Assembly (NCBI GenBank): GCA_017554455.1 | Contig: JAFZIH010000001.1 | Span: forward strand, 9-24,008 | DNA length: 24,000 bases | Reading direction: 5' to 3' | From: Clostridia bacterium | Lineage (GTDB): Bacteria; Bacillota; Clostridia; Christensenellales; CAG-138 | Shown: positions 1 to 8,300 of the stretch, in pieces | Position numbering within the stretch: the first letter of the stretch is position 1 | Layout: every line of letters begins with the position of its first letter | Program-made: the position numbers and the translations under genes | The notes under the pieces: model-generated | What the model was told of the DNA's origin: nothing | Databases searched by the model: none | The model's input: the letters and a program-made list of their open reading frames with translations, nothing else

Positions 1-2
1 TC

Positions 3-896
3 ACACAGCCGAAGCCGTCGAAGCCGTCAAAACCGAAGGAACCGACGAAGCCGAAAACGCCGTCAAAGCCGTCGACGCCGAAAACGCCGGGACCCGTATC
101 CTCGGGCGGCAGCGGCAGCAGCGGCAGCGGTTTATCCGCGGGCGTTCCGACGCCCGACATCCCCTCGTTTGAATCCCTGTTTCAGGAGATGCTGAAGCAT
201 TATCTGCCTGAAACGATCGAGTTCACACCGATCGACGAGAGCGTGCTGTCCGAAACCATCCGAAACTGGCTGCGTCCCGCATACGAACAGGCGATCGAGA
301 AGCGCCGCCTTGAGACGGAGCATGTCAACGCCGAGCTCGACGCGGACGCATGGTCGCGCGGAATGGGGCAGAGCACCTACCTCTCGGATGTCAAGGAGCG
401 CCAGTATCGCGGGGAATCGCGCGACATCAGCGCGCTCGAAAGCGACTATGCTTCCGAGCTCGCAGGACATCTGTACGACGCGGTGAAAGAGCAGCAGGAA
501 AAGAAGATCGAGGTGGACAAATTCAACGCCGAGCAGATCAATCGCTCTCGCGAGCAGGCGACAAGCGCTGCGCAGGCGCTGTACCGCGCGCTGCTTTCCG
601 CCGCCGACACGAGCAGCGGGGGACGCGCGTCCGCAGGCAGAAGCGCGTCCGCAGGCGGAAGCACATCGGAGGACAGCGGCGCCTCGATGGTTTCGCTGCT
701 GCTCAAAAACAGCGGGAACACCCCGAAATCGGACTACCGCACGATCGCCAACCTCGTCGCGCGGATGTCCCCGCAGGAGCGCAGGCGCCTGTATGACCGG
801 AACGACACGAAGTATCTGGCGCTGCGCAGCGAGATCCTTTGGAGTCTCGGCGGGAACGAATACGCAAAGCTTATGCAGCAGTTCCCCGGCGCGTAA
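3..896 (+). CDS. Hypothetical protein, C-terminal part (5' end outside window); Pro/Lys/Ser-rich linker followed by a helical, charged C-terminal domain
   Basis: The frame of the listed ORF 189..896 is open back to the window edge (TQPKPSKPSKPKEPTKPKTPSKPSTPKTPGP...SAGVPTPDIPSFESLFQEMLKHYLPE). It stops with taa at 894-896 just before a terminator hairpin. Confidence 0.65.
   Translation, partial: TQPKPSKPSKPKEPTKPKTPSKPSTPKTPGPVSSGGSGSSGSGLSAGVPTPDIPSFESLFQEMLKHYLPETIEFTPIDESVLSETIRNWLRPAYEQAIEKRRLETEHVNAELDADAWSRGMGQSTYLSDVKERQYRGESRDISALESDYASELAGHLYDAVKEQQEKKIEVDKFNAEQINRSREQATSAAQALYRALLSAADTSSGGRASAGRSASAGGSTSEDSGASMVSLLLKNSGNTPKSDYRTIANLVARMSPQERRRLYDRNDTKYLALRSEILWSLGGNEYAKLMQQFPGA
6..95 (+). 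repeat. Low-complexity Pro/Lys-rich coding repeat (PKPSKPSKPKEPTKPKTPSKPSTPKTP)
   Basis: Imperfect tandem ccg-aag / ccg-tcg-aag codon units read directly from the sequence. Confidence 0.7.
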
Positions 897-910
897 GTAT
901 CCAAAAAAAC

Positions 911-936
911 AAAAAAGCCGCTGAAAAGCGGCTTTT
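911..936. terminator. Intrinsic terminator, probably bidirectional, between convergent genes
   Basis: aaaagccgct-gaaa-agcggctttt perfect hairpin (913-922 / 927-936) flanked by A and T runs. Confidence 0.85.
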
Positions 937-948
937 CATGTACTTATT

Positions 949-1143
949 TTATTCCTTTTTTTCTTCGGGCTCGATCACGACGTCTTCTTTCGGCGGCTCC
1001 GGCTTTTCGTCGTCCTTATCCGCCCAGTCCGAAACGACTTTCGCGCCGGCTTTCACCGTCTGGACGATGGTCTTTCCCAGATCCTTGCCGAGCGTTCCGA
1101 ACTCACCGCCGACCTTTCCCCAGCTTTCCTTCAATGTCGACAT
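949..1143 (-). CDS. Small acidic-tailed hypothetical protein (64 aa)
   Basis: MSTLKESWGKVGGEFGTLGKDLGKTIVQTVKAGAKVVSDWADKDDEKPEPPKEDVVIEPEEKKE. The ATG at 1143 is preceded by a strong aaaggaggt RBS, which is better than the longer ORF start at 1179. Confidence 0.75.
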   Translation of the reverse strand: MSTLKESWGKVGGEFGTLGKDLGKTIVQTVKAGAKVVSDWADKDDEKPEPPKEDVVIEPEEKKE

Positions 1144-1167
1144 ACGCAGATACCTCCTTTTTTCTTC

Positions 1168-1195
1168 AGTATACCACAAATTCCCGGATTGGCAA
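1168..1195 (-). promoter_or_regulatory. Putative sigma-70/A promoter for the 64-aa gene
   Basis: On the minus strand: TTGCCA (1195-1190), 16-bp spacer, TATACT (1173-1168), then RBS and ATG at 1143. Confidence 0.6.
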
Positions 1196-1230
1196 GCAAA
1201 ACCAATGTGTCATTATTGTGTCTTTTTTTC

Positions 1231-2934
1231 TCAGTCCCAAATTCTGTACGCCATCAGGAAGTGCTCCTTCCAGTAGGTGCTCGAAAGCACGCCGTCCGTG
1301 ATGCGTACCTTGCCCTTGGAGGACGATGCGTCGATCATTCTGCCGCCGCCGAGATAGATGCCGACATGACCGGAACTCATCGACTTGCCCTTGAACACGA
1401 GCACGTCGCCGCGTCGGAGATTGCTCATCGACTTGATGCGCTTGTATTTTGTGCAGCTGCGCCACGTGATGCTCGTCATATAGCTCTGCTTGACGCCCGC
1501 CTTGTTGAGACACCAGTACACGAAGCCGGAGCAGTCGAATTTGTCGGGTCCCTTCGCGCCGCGGACATATTTGCAGCCGAGACGGGATTCGGCGATGTCG
1601 ATGAACGCTTCGATGCCCTCTCCGTAGTCGATCGTGCTGCCGCTTTCGCCGCTGTCGCCGTCGTTCGGCGTGGCGGTCGGTTTCTGCGTCGGCTTCTGCG
1701 TGGGCTTTGCCGTCGTGCCGGGCTTCGGCGTGGCGGTCTGCTTTTTCGTCGGCTTCGGCGTCGCGGGCTTCGGCGTCGCGGGCGCCTTTTTCGCGTCCTC
1801 CGTAAGCAGCAGCTGCATCGTCTCAAACCCGACGGTGCCGTCGTTTTTAAGGCCGTTGCGCTTTTGGAACGACTTGACCGCCGCCTGCGTCTTTTCGCCG
1901 TAATAGCCGGAGATCTGCGAATCGGCAAGATACCCGAAGTGCGCGAGCCGCTTCTGGATGCGTTCCACGTCCGCGCCCTCCGTGCCGACGGTGAAGGCGA
2001 ACGGTTCCGCGTCGCCGCTGTTTAAGAGGTCCACGGTGCTTTTCGTGATACAGCCGTCCACGACGAGACCGTTCTCCTCCTGAAAGCGCCGGACTGCGTT
2101 CTGCGTCTGCTTGCCGAACACGCCGTCCGGCAGATAGGTGAGGTAGCCGAGCGCGAACAGCGCTTTCTGATACGTTTCGATCGCCGGGTCCTTTTCGCCG
2201 ATCGCATAGAAATTGCCGACGGTGTTTTCGCCGAGTAGGACTTCGAACACCTCGTTGTCGACGATGACGTCATCAGAAAGGTTGTTCTTCTGCCGGAACC
2301 GCCGTACCGCCGCTTCGGTCTGCTCGTCGTATTCGCCGAACGGCGTGCCGTCGAGATAGCCGAGCTCGATCAGGCGTTCCTTGACGATCTCCACGTTGTC
2401 GCCGGACGAACCCTTTACCATCGCGTAGGTTTTCGCATCGTCACTGAACAGCTTCTCAAAGGTTGCGGCGTCGCAAAGACCGTTCGCGTGGATGCCGTTG
2501 CGCACCTGAAACGCGCGAATCGCGTCCGCCGTACCTTCGGAATACTCGTCGTCGGGCTGCTCGGAATCGAGGTAGTCGAGCTCCATCAGCCGGATCTGGA
2601 CGTCCAGAACGATCGGCTCTTCGTCGCCGGGCAAAAGGGTATCGCCGTTTAAGGGATGGCGAGAGGGCGTCGGCGTCGGTGAAGGCGTCGGGGTGGGCGA
2701 GGGCGTCGGCGTGGGCGCAAAGGACGGCTCCGGCGTCAAAAGCGCCGGATCGGGCGTGACTTTCACCTGCTCGGGGGTCGGCGGCTCCTCATAGACCACC
2801 GCGTCCGCCGGGATCTCCGCCTCCGGAACGTGCGAGCCCGCCGTCGCCGCGCAGCCGATCAAAAGCGCGGCAAGCGCACCGAAAACAAACCATGTGAAGC
2901 GCGGGCGTTTCGGCTTTGTTCCGTTCGGTTCCAT
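1231..2934 (-). CDS. Secreted/lipoprotein-like NlpC/P60 family peptidoglycan hydrolase with four PG_binding_1-type repeats
   Basis: N-terminal hydrophobic segment (FTWFVFGALAALLIGCAA), then four repeats of the 'VQIRLMELDYLD...GTADAIRAFQVRNG' type, a Thr/Pro/Lys linker and the NlpC/P60 motif 'GCKYVRGAKGPDKFDCSGFVYWCLNKAG...GHVGIYLGGGRMIDAS'. Start chosen at MEPNGTKPK with gcaaaggagg RBS. Confidence 0.9.
   Translation of the reverse strand: MEPNGTKPKRPRFTWFVFGALAALLIGCAATAGSHVPEAEIPADAVVYEEPPTPEQVKVTPDPALLTPEPSFAPTPTPSPTPTPSPTPTPSRHPLNGDTLLPGDEEPIVLDVQIRLMELDYLDSEQPDDEYSEGTADAIRAFQVRNGIHANGLCDAATFEKLFSDDAKTYAMVKGSSGDNVEIVKERLIELGYLDGTPFGEYDEQTEAAVRRFRQKNNLSDDVIVDNEVFEVLLGENTVGNFYAIGEKDPAIETYQKALFALGYLTYLPDGVFGKQTQNAVRRFQEENGLVVDGCITKSTVDLLNSGDAEPFAFTVGTEGADVERIQKRLAHFGYLADSQISGYYGEKTQAAVKSFQKRNGLKNDGTVGFETMQLLLTEDAKKAPATPKPATPKPTKKQTATPKPGTTAKPTQKPTQKPTATPNDGDSGESGSTIDYGEGIEAFIDIAESRLGCKYVRGAKGPDKFDCSGFVYWCLNKAGVKQSYMTSITWRSCTKYKRIKSMSNLRRGDVLVFKGKSMSSGHVGIYLGGGRMIDASSSKGKVRITDGVLSSTYWKEHFLMAYRIWD
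1666..1797 (-). repeat. Thr/Pro/Lys-rich linker-coding repeat between peptidoglycan-binding and catalytic domains
   Basis: Encodes ATPKPATPKPTKKQTATPKPGTTAKPTQKPTQKPTATP. Confidence 0.7.
2666..2718 (-). repeat. Thr/Pro/Ser-rich linker-coding repeat after the membrane/lipobox segment
   Basis: Encodes APTPSPTPTPSPTPTPSPTPTPS; ggcgtc/ggcgtg repeats in DNA. Confidence 0.7.
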
Positions 2935-3030
2935 CGGCGGCCTCCTTTGCCTAAAATTTCGGATACTGTCAGTATAGCGCGGGAATGCAAGCAAAGTGTG
3001 CCGTATTTATGAACAAAAAGCGAAAAAAAG

Positions 3031-3053
3031 TAAAAACCCGGCAAAAACCGGGT
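3031..3053 (-). terminator. Intrinsic terminator downstream of the AlaX-like gene
   Basis: acccgg(3036-3041)...ccgggt(3048-3053) hairpin; on the minus strand it is followed by a T run (tttta ctttttttc). Confidence 0.75.
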
Positions 3054-3067
3054 GGTAAATTTTGGTA

Positions 3068-4273
3068 TCAGCCGTGCAGAAGCACATTTTTGAAATAGGT
3101 GTGGAGCCCTTCGACGGTCTCTTTTAGATCGGAGGGCTTTTTTGCGCTGCCCTGCGCAAGCGTGCCGCGTCCGCCGCCGCTGCCGGAAAGAGCCGTGTTG
3201 ACCGCCGCAATGAGCATGCCCATATCGGCTTTGATCCCGTTCGATGCAAGCAGATAGAACACGCGGTCGCCCACGCCGGAAAACAGCACGGTGAGCGCCC
3301 GATCCGTCATTGTCGCGCCCGCCAGCGGACGGAGCCGCTTTGCGTCCACGCTTTCGAGCGTCTTTACGATCAGCTTCGTGCCCTTCAGGTCCTCGGCTTC
3401 GGCGATCAGCGATTTTGCGAGGTATTCGTCCAGCGCGGCGTACGCCTGTCTGAGTTCGCGCTTCGTATTGGAAAGCTCCTCGGCTTGCTTCTGTACAGCC
3501 GCTTCCGCCTGCTCGCGCGAAGTCGAAAAGCGCAGCGCGATCGCCGAAACCGTGTCCTGCATCTGTTGCGCGTGACGGAGCGCGCGCATGCCGCACAGGA
3601 ACGTGCAGCGTGTGCCGCCCTTGTACGGGATCGCCTCGACGATCTTCAATTGCCCGATCTCGCCGGTTTTTCTGACATGCGGCGCGCAGCAGGTGCAGGC
3701 GTCGCTGCCCTCGATCGTCACGATGCGGATCGGCGCGGTCAAGCCCTCCGCGTGCTTGCGGAGCGGAATGCCCTTGAGGTCTTCCTCGGTCTCGTAGATC
3801 GTCGCCGTCACCGCCGCGTTTTCGGCGGCAAGGCGGTTTGCCAAGATTTCGATCTCCGTGATGCCCTCGTGTCCGACGGGCTTGTCAAGGTCGAGCGTCG
3901 CGTAGGTCAACGCGCAGTGAAAGCCGACGTTCTGCGCGCCGAACAAGTGCCACGCGCAGTAGGAGAGCAGATGCTCGCCGGTGTGCTGCTGCATGATATC
4001 GAAGCGGCGGGCAAAGTCCAGTTCGCCGTGCACCGCGGTGCCGACGGGGAGTTCACGGTCGCAGAAGTGCAACAGCCGTTCGCCCTGCTCGTTTACGTCC
4101 AGCACCTTTGCGCTGCCGAGCGTTCCGACGTCGCAGGGCTGACCGCCCTTGTTCGGAAAGAACGCGCTGCGGTCAAGTTCGACGAGATATCCGTCTTTGT
4201 ACGGTTCGCAGCCGGTGACGACCGCGTCGAACGCGGAAAGCATGCTGTCAAGAAGATAAAGCCGTTCGGTCAT
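3068..4273 (-). CDS. Alanyl-tRNA editing protein, AlaX-like with DHHA1-type C-terminal domain
   Basis: MTERLYLLDSMLSAFDAVVTGCEP...FFPNKGGQPCDVGTLG, ...QQHTGEHLLSYCAWHLFG..., zinc motif 'CTCCAPHVRKTGEIG' and C-terminal 'SGSGGGRGTLAQGSAK' as in AlaRS/AlaX editing and DHHA1 domains. RBS-like ggaggg upstream. Confidence 0.88.
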   Translation of the reverse strand: MTERLYLLDSMLSAFDAVVTGCEPYKDGYLVELDRSAFFPNKGGQPCDVGTLGSAKVLDVNEQGERLLHFCDRELPVGTAVHGELDFARRFDIMQQHTGEHLLSYCAWHLFGAQNVGFHCALTYATLDLDKPVGHEGITEIEILANRLAAENAAVTATIYETEEDLKGIPLRKHAEGLTAPIRIVTIEGSDACTCCAPHVRKTGEIGQLKIVEAIPYKGGTRCTFLCGMRALRHAQQMQDTVSAIALRFSTSREQAEAAVQKQAEELSNTKRELRQAYAALDEYLAKSLIAEAEDLKGTKLIVKTLESVDAKRLRPLAGATMTDRALTVLFSGVGDRVFYLLASNGIKADMGMLIAAVNTALSGSGGGRGTLAQGSAKKPSDLKETVEGLHTYFKNVLLHG

Positions 4274-5202
4274 GCAAGGATCCCTCCGAAGAACGTGAGA
4301 TACAGAAATACGGTGAGCAGCGAGAGCACGGTCGTGACCGCGATGAGCTCGCCGGAAAGCTTCACGTCGCCGCCGAGCTCACTTGCCATCGGCAGACAGG
4401 ACATGGCGGTCGGGCTTGCGAACACGATGAAGATGGAAGCCAGTTCCGCGCCGCGAATCCCGCCGAGAACGTACGCGAGCGCGCAGACTGCGACGGGGAA
4501 TACGATCAGCTTGACCGCGCTGACAACCGTGACGAGCTTCCAGTTCTCCCTGAGCGACTTGAACGACAGCACGCCGCCGAGGACCAGAAAGCCGAGAGGC
4601 GTGCACATGTGCTTGAAGTATTCGATCGGTTTCAGAATGACGTAGGGAAGCTCGATTCCCGTAAACCGCACCAGAAACGCCAGCGCCGCCGCCCACAGGA
4701 TCGGGTTTTTGAGAAGGTTCAGAAGCACCTTGCCGATCTTGATCTTTCCGCCGCGGTTCAGCTCGTAGCAGAGCACGCCGGTGAGCCCGAACAGCGACGC
4801 GGAGACGACGAGCGTAAACGCCATCGTGCCGGTGTTGCCCTCGCCCAGAAGCGCGCTCGCCACCGCGAGCCCGAAGATGCCGTCGTTGCTTCTGTACGCC
4901 GCCTGTGCGAGTGTGCCGCGCTTTGCGGGATCCTTTGTGAGCAGAAACGCGAGCAGCATGGAGAGCGCGAACGCGGCAAGGATGCTTCCCGCGACCCACA
5001 GCGCGTACTGCCATCTTGCGGGCGTACGGTCGGTCACGACGCTGTAAAAGACGAGCGTCGGGATGCCGACGTAGTACACGATGCGGTTGATGACGCGGAA
5101 CGCGTCCTCGGAGACGAGACCGACCCGCCGGATGAGCATGCCGGTCGCCATCATCAGGACGAGCGGCATGACAATGTTGAATGAAGTCCAGAACTGTTCC
5201 AT
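4270..5202 (-). CDS. AEC (auxin efflux carrier) family transporter
   Basis: MEQFWTSFNIVMPLVLMMATGMLIRRVGLVSEDAFRVINRIVYYVGIPTLVFYSVV... with two blocks of about five hydrophobic helices. 4-nt ATGA overlap with the downstream AlaX-like gene. Confidence 0.85.
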   Translation of the reverse strand: MEQFWTSFNIVMPLVLMMATGMLIRRVGLVSEDAFRVINRIVYYVGIPTLVFYSVVTDRTPARWQYALWVAGSILAAFALSMLLAFLLTKDPAKRGTLAQAAYRSNDGIFGLAVASALLGEGNTGTMAFTLVVSASLFGLTGVLCYELNRGGKIKIGKVLLNLLKNPILWAAALAFLVRFTGIELPYVILKPIEYFKHMCTPLGFLVLGGVLSFKSLRENWKLVTVVSAVKLIVFPVAVCALAYVLGGIRGAELASIFIVFASPTAMSCLPMASELGGDVKLSGELIAVTTVLSLLTVFLYLTFFGGILA

Positions 5203-5209
5203 ATACGGT

Positions 5210-5238
5210 ATTGTACCGCATCCGCATTCGATTTGCAA
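5210..5238 (-). promoter_or_regulatory. Putative promoter immediately upstream of the AEC transporter ATG (possible leaderless transcript)
   Basis: Minus strand TTGCAA (5238-5233), 17-bp spacer, TACAAT (5215-5210), then 7 nt (accgtat) and ATG at 5202. No Shine-Dalgarno is visible. Confidence 0.5.
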
Positions 5239-5278
5239 GGCGCGCACGCATATCGGAAAGGTTAAATTTCGAAAACGC

Positions 5279-5307
5279 TTGCGTGCGGAGAGCAAACATA
5301 GTATACT
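5279..5307 (+). promoter_or_regulatory. Putative sigma-70/A promoter for the GLUG/cohesin/dockerin protein
   Basis: TTGCGT (5279-5284), 17-bp spacer, TATACT (5302-5307). Confidence 0.65.
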
Positions 5308-5348
5308 ATATATTCGAAAGAACAGGATCCACGGAGGGAGGTTCGGAT

Positions 5349-8300
5349 ATGATACGGAACGGAAGACGAACGCTTGCGGCGCTGCTGGCGCTTATCATGG
5401 TGCTTGTGCTGCTGCCGACAGTTTCGGCAAAGGCGGACGGCGAAATCGAAATCTCAAACTACGAACAACTGAAGGCCTTTGCCGCGCGGGTCAACGCGCG
5501 CGAAACGGGCTTGAACGCCAAGCTCACGGCGGATATCACCTGCACGGACAAGACATGGACGCCGATCGGCACAAACAATTGGTACTATAGAGGCACGTTC
5601 AACGGGCAGGGGTATAAGATCATCGGTCTCAGCAACGCCGACGTCGACTATTCCGGACTGAGTGATGATTTCGTGTATATCGGTCTGTTCGGAAGATCCG
5701 GCGGTACAGTGGAGAACGTCGTGCTCGAGGACTGCGATCTCTCGTTCGCTTCCGATGCGGATGGGCGCGTCTACATGGGCGCAGCCGTCGGCTGGAACGG
5801 CGGCACGGTGGAAGGCTGCAGCAGTTCAGGAACTCTGTCTGCAGCGCTGACAAACATTTCTGTCACCGCAGGCATCGGCGGCGTCGTCGGCTATAACAAA
5901 AATACCGTAAAGACCTGTACGAACAGCGGCGCGGTTTCCGTCTCCGGCAACATCCCTTCCATCTATGTCGGCGGCGTCGTCGGATACAGCGGAGGCGCTG
6001 AACAGTACTGTGCAAACACCGGCGCGGTCACCGGCGCGGGACGTGTCACGGTCGGCGGCGTCGTCGGATACTGCAACTCCGTCAAGAACTGCTTTAATAC
6101 CGGTGCGGTCTCCGGCTACGATGCAGCCGGCGGAATTGTCGGCTTTACCACCTACGGAACCGTTGAAAACTGCCTGAACGTCGGCACGGTCACCGGCGAC
6201 TCTCATACCGGCGGCGTCATCGGGCAAAACAACTACGGCACCGTAAAGACCTGCCTTTCCGTCGGCGCGGTTTCCGGCAGCGGCAGATACATTGGCGGCG
6301 TCGTCGGCATGTGTCCGAACAACGCCTCCGTGACCTCGTATGTCGAAAACTGCTATTATCTCAATACGGCGGCATCCGCGGCGATCGGAGCTGTCGGCAC
6401 CGCCACCGTAACGAATGTTGCCGCGCTGACCGCGGAGCAGCTGAAATCGCTCAGTAACTGCGTCGGGTTCAGCACCGACACATGGTACGAAGGGCTTTCG
6501 TATCCGGTGCTCAAGGACTTCTCCGCAGAGATTCATCTGTACGCGAACAGCGACGAGGACCTTGTGCTGCAGCACTTCATCTGCGCATACGTGCCGACGG
6601 CATTCGCAAATCCGTTCACCTATGCGGATCACGAATTCACCGGCTGGAACACGAATGCGGACGGCGACGGCGATCCGTATGACGAAACCCATGAATTCAC
6701 GCTGCTGCCCGGCGAAATCCTGACGCTGTACGCGCAGTGGAGAGTTGCTGCGTTCACGATCACGTTCCAGAACGAGGACGGCTCGGAGCTTAGTAAAGGA
6801 CTTGTCAACGTCAACGAAACGCCGGTCTATACCGGCAACACCCCGACCAAGGCGCCGACGGTCGAGCATCTCTATACCTTTGCGGGATGGAAGGACGCGG
6901 ACGGCGTCGTCTATACCGACGCGCTCCCCGCGGTCACCGGCGAGGCGACCTACATCGCGGTCTATACGGAAAGCGACCGCGTCTATACCGGACCGGTCTG
7001 GGCATGGGACGGCTACGAATCCGCGACCGCGACCTTTACCGCAACGGACGACACGACCTTTACGCAGGTATTGACGGCGACGGGCGACGCGATTACGAAC
7101 GCCGTCACAACGCAGCCGACCTGCACCGAACCCGGCGAACGCACCTATACGGCAAAGGTGTCGTTCCTCGGCAAAGTCTACACGAACGACAAGACCGAGC
7201 CGATCGACGCAACCGGACACGACTGGGGCGAACCGACCTATGAGTGGACGGAGATCCCCGGCGGCTATGTCTGCACGGCAACGCGCGTATGCAACAACAA
7301 CGCAGAGGATATCGAGACCGAAACGGTCGGTTCGACCTATGCGGTGATCACGGAGCCGGACCTCAAGCAGAACGGGCTCGGACGTTACACCTCCGCGGCA
7401 TTTGAAAACGAAGCGTTTGCGGTGCAGACCAAGGATGTCGTGATCCCGATGCTGGCGCTCGGACTGTACGGCGAGGACGTGAACGCGTTCGACGTTGCCG
7501 AATACACCGAGGACGGCACGCTCTACCGCTATGACGTGAAATTCAAAAGCGACGCGGGGGCGCTGCCGATCGTGAGCATGCAGGCGTTCATCGGCTATGA
7601 CGCCGACGCGCTGACGCTTGTCGAGGCGAAGACGGAGCTTCCGGGCAGCGTGACGACGCATGACGAAAACGGCGTGTTCTCGTTCGCGTGGGCAAACGAC
7701 GAGGGCGTTGATATGGAAAGCGGCGCGGTCGTCGTGTCCCTGTACTTTAAGCTCGACGGGACCGTAGGGGACGGCGACGTGCTCCTGTTCCCGTTCACGG
7801 ACGGCGACTTCCAAAACACCGCGGCGTATCTCGAAGACGGCGCCGTGACCGAAGCGGCGGCGTTCGAGACCGAGGACGGCAGCATCGCCTTTGCGGTTCC
7901 CGAACTCACGATCGCGGGCGAGGACGTGCTTTCCGGTGACGTTTACGTCATTGAGGACGGCAAGGTTCTGTATCGCTATGACGTGCGTGCGAAGGATCTG
8001 CCCGCGGCGGGGCTGATGATCAACAGCGCGCAGATCTTCCTCGGATTCGATCACGATATCCTTGCAGTTGCGAAGACCGAGGGCGTCGTCGACTGGACGA
8101 CAAGCGACGACGGCAGCACGTTTATGGCGAGCTGGGCAAGCGATACGGAAGCGGAACTCAAAGAGAACGATATCGTGCTGACGCTGTGGTTTACTAAGAT
8201 CGGCCCGGCGCCGGAGGACGGCGTGGTCCCGATCATCTTTACCGTGAATCCGCTCGGCTTTGAAAGCGCGGTTTCGATCACCTTTGCGGGCGCGGTCACG

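Noticed and set aside
1189-2025. 278-aa + strand ORF opposite the NlpC/P60 gene
   Set aside because: Arises from the antisense of the repeat-rich hydrolase; Arg-rich runs are produced by the low-complexity linker.
3485-4645. 386-aa + strand ORF opposite the AlaX-like and AEC genes
   Set aside because: It spans two well-supported minus-strand genes, has Arg/Ala-rich shadow composition and no recognisable domain.
4379-5299. 306-aa minus-strand ORF overlapping the AEC gene in another frame
   Set aside because: Arg/His-rich out-of-frame reading. The alternative frame has clear transmembrane helices and transporter features.
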